Shown here: positions 42,046 through 44,651 of the stretch, piece by piece
Layout of the letters: every line of letters starts with the position of its first letter
Numbering within the stretch: the first letter of the stretch is position 1
Assembly (NCBI GenBank): GCA_030452225.1
Contig: JAKDMP010000002.1
Coordinates: 1 to 44,651 of the forward strand
Direction of reading: 5' to 3'
Source of the DNA: Gammaproteobacteria bacterium
GTDB lineage: Bacteria > Pseudomonadota > Gammaproteobacteria > JAKDMP01
DNA length: 44,651 nt
Notes under the pieces: model-generated
The model's database searches: none
What the model was told of the DNA's origin: nothing
What the model saw: only the letters and a program-made list of their open reading frames with translations
Position numbers and translations under genes: made by a program

Positions 42046-43369
42046 GGGCGTCGGTGTCCTCCATCTCCTGTACGCAACGCTGCCACACCTGCAGGCGCGA
42101 GCGCAACTCCCCGGCATCGAAATCCTTGATGGCTCCGTCCTGCACACGCCGCTCGCCGGCGACCCAGACTCCCGATACGTCACGGCGCTCGCCGGCATAG
42201 ACCAACTGGGAAAGCGGGTCATAAAGCGGCAAGAGCCGGGTCGCGTCCAGGCACACGGCGGTCAGATCGGCCCATTTTCCCGGTTCGATGCTGCCGGTTT
42301 CGTGATCCCGGCCGATGGCGCGGGCGCCGCCGAGGGTGGCCGCACGCAGCGCGGTGGCGGCATCGAAGGCGCCCGGATCGCCGGCCACCCCCTTGGCAAG
42401 CAACGCGGCGGTTTGCATTTCCCCGAGCAGATCGAGGTCGTTGTTGCTGGCCGCGCCGTCGGTGCCCAGGGCGACGTTCACGCCGGCTTCGAGCAATTTC
42501 GCCACCGGGCAAAAGCCGCTGGCGAGTTTGAGATTGGATTCCGGGCAATGCACGACGTTGATCGCGTAGCGGCCGAGCAGTTCGAGGTCCTGATCGTCCA
42601 CCTGGGTCATGTGCACGGCCGACAAGGCCGGGCCGGCCAGGTCGAGTGCTTCGAGGCGTGCGAGCGGCCGCTTGCCGTATTGTGCAAGGCTGTGCTCGAT
42701 CTCGGAGGCGGTTTCGTGCAGATGCGTCTGGATCGGAAGATTGGTTTCGGCGGCGTAGCTTGCAATGCGCGCAAGGGTGTCGTCGCTCACCGTGTAGGGC
42801 GCGTGCGGCGCAAGCAGGAAGGAGGCGAGCGGCTCGGAGCGGTATTCATCGTGGAGCGCGAGGCCTCGCTGCAGGTATTCCTCCGCGTTCGCGGCGTAGC
42901 GGCTGGGAAAGTCCACCACGATGATGCCCGCGGCAACGCGCATGCCGAGCGCCAGGGCCGAATGAATGGTCGCCTGCGGGTAGAAGTACATGTCGGCGAA
43001 AGTGGTGACGCCGCCGGCCAGCATTTCGGCCGCCCCCGCCAGGGCGCCATCGCGAACCGCCTCCTCGCACAGCAAGCGTGCCTCCGCGGGCCAGATCCTC
43101 TCCTTGAGCCAGGGCTCCAGGGCGAGGTCGTCGGCATAGCCGCGCAGCAGCGTCATCGCCGCATGCGTGTGGGCGTTGACCAGGCCCGGGATCAGGATGT
43201 GATGATCGAGGTGCACCGTCTCCCGCGCCTCGATGACTTGCTCGGCTTCGCTGGTTGGCAATACGGCGGCGACGCGCCCGTCGGCGATGGCTACGGAATA
43301 GTGTTCGAGCACTTCAACGGGCTCGACCGGGGCCACCCAGCGCGCGCAAATGAGAAGTTCCGCCTGCAT
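42038..43369 (-). CDS. mtaD: amidohydrolase of the TRZ/ATZ family, 5-methylthioadenosine/S-adenosylhomocysteine deaminase-like
   Basis: IPGLVNAHTHAAMTLLRG carries the metal-binding HxH. Other blocks are THLHET, HCPESNLKLASG and LGTDGAASNNDLD. The mtnA / mtaD-ubiG synteny is as in Pseudomonas (from memory). Confidence 0.85.
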   Translation of the reverse strand: MQAELLICARWVAPVEPVEVLEHYSVAIADGRVAAVLPTSEAEQVIEARETVHLDHHILIPGLVNAHTHAAMTLLRGYADDLALEPWLKERIWPAEARLLCEEAVRDGALAGAAEMLAGGVTTFADMYFYPQATIHSALALGMRVAAGIIVVDFPSRYAANAEEYLQRGLALHDEYRSEPLASFLLAPHAPYTVSDDTLARIASYAAETNLPIQTHLHETASEIEHSLAQYGKRPLARLEALDLAGPALSAVHMTQVDDQDLELLGRYAINVVHCPESNLKLASGFCPVAKLLEAGVNVALGTDGAASNNDLDLLGEMQTAALLAKGVAGDPGAFDAATALRAATLGGARAIGRDHETGSIEPGKWADLTAVCLDATRLLPLYDPLSQLVYAGERRDVSGVWVAGERRVQDGAIKDFDAGELRSRLQVWQRCVQEMEDTDAHD

Positions 43370-43374
43370 GCGGC

Positions 43375-43384
43375 AATTATAATT
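43375..43384. promoter_or_regulatory. palindromic AATTATAATT giving a consensus TATAAT on both strands between the mtaD and mtnA start codons
   Basis: The plus-strand TATAAT (43378-43383) is 6 nt before GTG 43390. The minus-strand TATAAT (43381-43376) is 6 nt before the mtaD ATG at 43369. Confidence 0.45.
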
Positions 43385-44451
43385 TGTTCGTGAATGCCAA
43401 CGACGATATAAGCCTCGAAGCGATCGCTGCGGCCGGGCCCGGCATCCGTTGGTGCGACGGGCTTCTCGAACTGCTCGACCAACGCCGGCTTCCGCACACC
43501 GTGCGTTATCTTGCCTGCCGGAAGGCGTCAGGCGTGGCCGAAGCCATTCGTTCGATGGCGGTGCGCGGGGCGCCTGCCATCGCCATTGCCGCCGCATACG
43601 GCATGGCGCTGGCCGCGAATCGTGCCGAGGGGCTTTGCGGCGCAGCCTGGCGCGATTCGCTGGGAGCGGCGCGCGACCAGCTTGCCGCGGCGCGGCCGAC
43701 GGCGGTCAATCTTTCCCATGCCGTCGCGCGCTTCGATGCGTTGATCGAGCGCGGCGCGCCGGCCGGCGAGTTTGTAGATCTGGCTCGGCGGATTCACGCC
43801 GAGGACATCGACATCAACCGGCGCCTCGCCGCACTTGGCAGGGACCTTATCGAACCCGGTTCCCGGGTACTGACCCATTGCAATACCGGCACACTTGCCA
43901 CCGGCGGCGTGGGTACCGCCTTCGGCGTCATTGTCGCCGCCTGGCGTGCGGGAAACATTGCAGAGATCGGATTCACCGAAACGCGCCCTTGGCTGCAGGG
44001 CTCGCGGCTCAATGCCTGGGAATTCGATCGCGCGGGCGTGCCCGCCACCCTGATGACCGAATCGGCGGCGGCCGGCCGGGCGCGCCGCGGCGAGGTCGAC
44101 TGGCTGATCGTGGGCGCCGACCGGGTGGCGAGGAACGGCGATGTCGCCAACAAAATCGGCACGGCGCCGCTCGCCGCCTTGACGCGTCTGGGCGGCGGGC
44201 GCGTGATGGTGGTGGCGCCGTTCTCGACGCTGGATCCGTCGCTTGCGAGCGGCGACGGGATCATCATTGAGCAACGCGATGCCGCCGAGGTTTGGCGTGC
44301 CGCGAGCGAAGCGAACATGCCGGCGGGTATTTCCGTGGCCAACCCGGTTTTTGATGTGACTCCCGCAACCGATATAGACCGCCTGGTCACCGAGCATTGT
44401 GTGATCGGCCCGGCACAAGGAGAGCAGCCGGCACATATCCGGCAAGCTTAA
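43384..44451 (+). CDS. mtnA: S-methyl-5-thioribose-1-phosphate isomerase MtnA (eIF-2B alpha/beta/delta family)
   Basis: LELLDQRRLPH...GVAEAIRSMAVRGAPAIAIAAAYG...HCNTGTLATGG...GADRVARNGDVANKIGT match MtnA. The start is TTG 43384 or GTG 43390. Confidence 0.9.
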   Translation: MFVNANDDISLEAIAAAGPGIRWCDGLLELLDQRRLPHTVRYLACRKASGVAEAIRSMAVRGAPAIAIAAAYGMALAANRAEGLCGAAWRDSLGAARDQLAAARPTAVNLSHAVARFDALIERGAPAGEFVDLARRIHAEDIDINRRLAALGRDLIEPGSRVLTHCNTGTLATGGVGTAFGVIVAAWRAGNIAEIGFTETRPWLQGSRLNAWEFDRAGVPATLMTESAAAGRARRGEVDWLIVGADRVARNGDVANKIGTAPLAALTRLGGGRVMVVAPFSTLDPSLASGDGIIIEQRDAAEVWRAASEANMPAGISVANPVFDVTPATDIDRLVTEHCVIGPAQGEQPAHIRQA

Positions 44452-44651
44452 CCTGCATTATTCACGAGGCCGACCGGCGCTGGCTTGCAAGTCATTGAAT
44501 GAATTCCGGAATGTGCCATGATGAGGCAAGTTTTGGCATCGAAGCCTGTAGATCGCGCCAGTCTATCGCGGTGCTTGCCGAGTCTCTGGCATGCTCCTCG
44601 CGGCGCCATGCCTGGCCTTCACGAAAACCATGGCTACGGCTATGCTTTTCG

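Noticed and set aside
44452-44651. Both strands are open at the right edge. On the plus strand ATG 44518 gives MMRQVLASKPVDRASLSR.... On the minus strand a frame ends ...WHIPEFIQ* near 44500.
   Set aside because: The stretch is too short (about 45-55 codons) and motif-free to decide which, if either, is real. The region is A/T-richer and may be intergenic or regulatory. Flanking sequence is needed.
1-44651. Searched by eye for CRISPR arrays, rRNA/tRNA genes, IS elements, integrases and phage structural genes.
   Set aside because: None found. The accessory character of the first 7 kb therefore has no visible mobile-element boundary inside this window.

Overview
High-GC proteobacterial chromosome segment (roughly two-thirds G+C by eye) with about 45 protein genes. 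I saw no rRNA, tRNA, CRISPR array, transposase or integrase. Layout: (1) 1-7.1 kb is an accessory patch of DNA-damage-tolerance and toxin-antitoxin genes. On the minus strand an RHH-PIN pair leads straight into an SRAP/YedK-type peptidase, a truncated class-II aaRS-like amino acid:[carrier protein] ligase, a carrier protein and an ORF cut by the window edge. On the plus strand a umuD-like gene and umuC are split by an A/T-richer hicB-hicA pair, followed by an ICMT-family methyltransferase and two small hypotheticals. (2) 7.1-23.9 kb is one uninterrupted minus-strand array: moaA (with Moco riboswitch), moaC/moaB fusion, moeA, moaD, moaE, mobA, a 120-aa orphan, an OprO/P-type porin, modABC, narGHJI, a PpiC-type PPIase and an acidic 150-aa ORF. 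Most junctions overlap or lie within a few nt. (3) 24.0-25.1 kb is a TehA/SLAC1-family anion channel gene. (4) 25.6-31.1 kb is tamB-tamA. (5) 31.3-38.1 kb is a complete System I cytochrome c maturation operon, ccmABCDEFGHI. (6) 38.1-44.5 kb holds a BepA-like M48 protease, a degenerate squalene/phytoene-synthase-like gene, a HAD phosphatase, ubiG, mtaD and the divergent mtnA. Points most worth a second look: hicBA embedded in and translationally coupled to umuDC; the TA-SRAP-aa:CP ligase-ACP string; a Moco riboswitch whose sequestered SD serves a 38-codon uORF that ends in an ATGA overlap with moaA; three FNR/Anr-type boxes with the same class-II spacing in front of narG, moaA and the TehA-like gene; an anion-porin gene and an orphan ORF inside the mob/mod operon; and a palindromic AATTATAATT placed symmetrically between the mtaD and mtnA start codons. 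All calls rest on reading the sequence and translations by eye. No database search was run.
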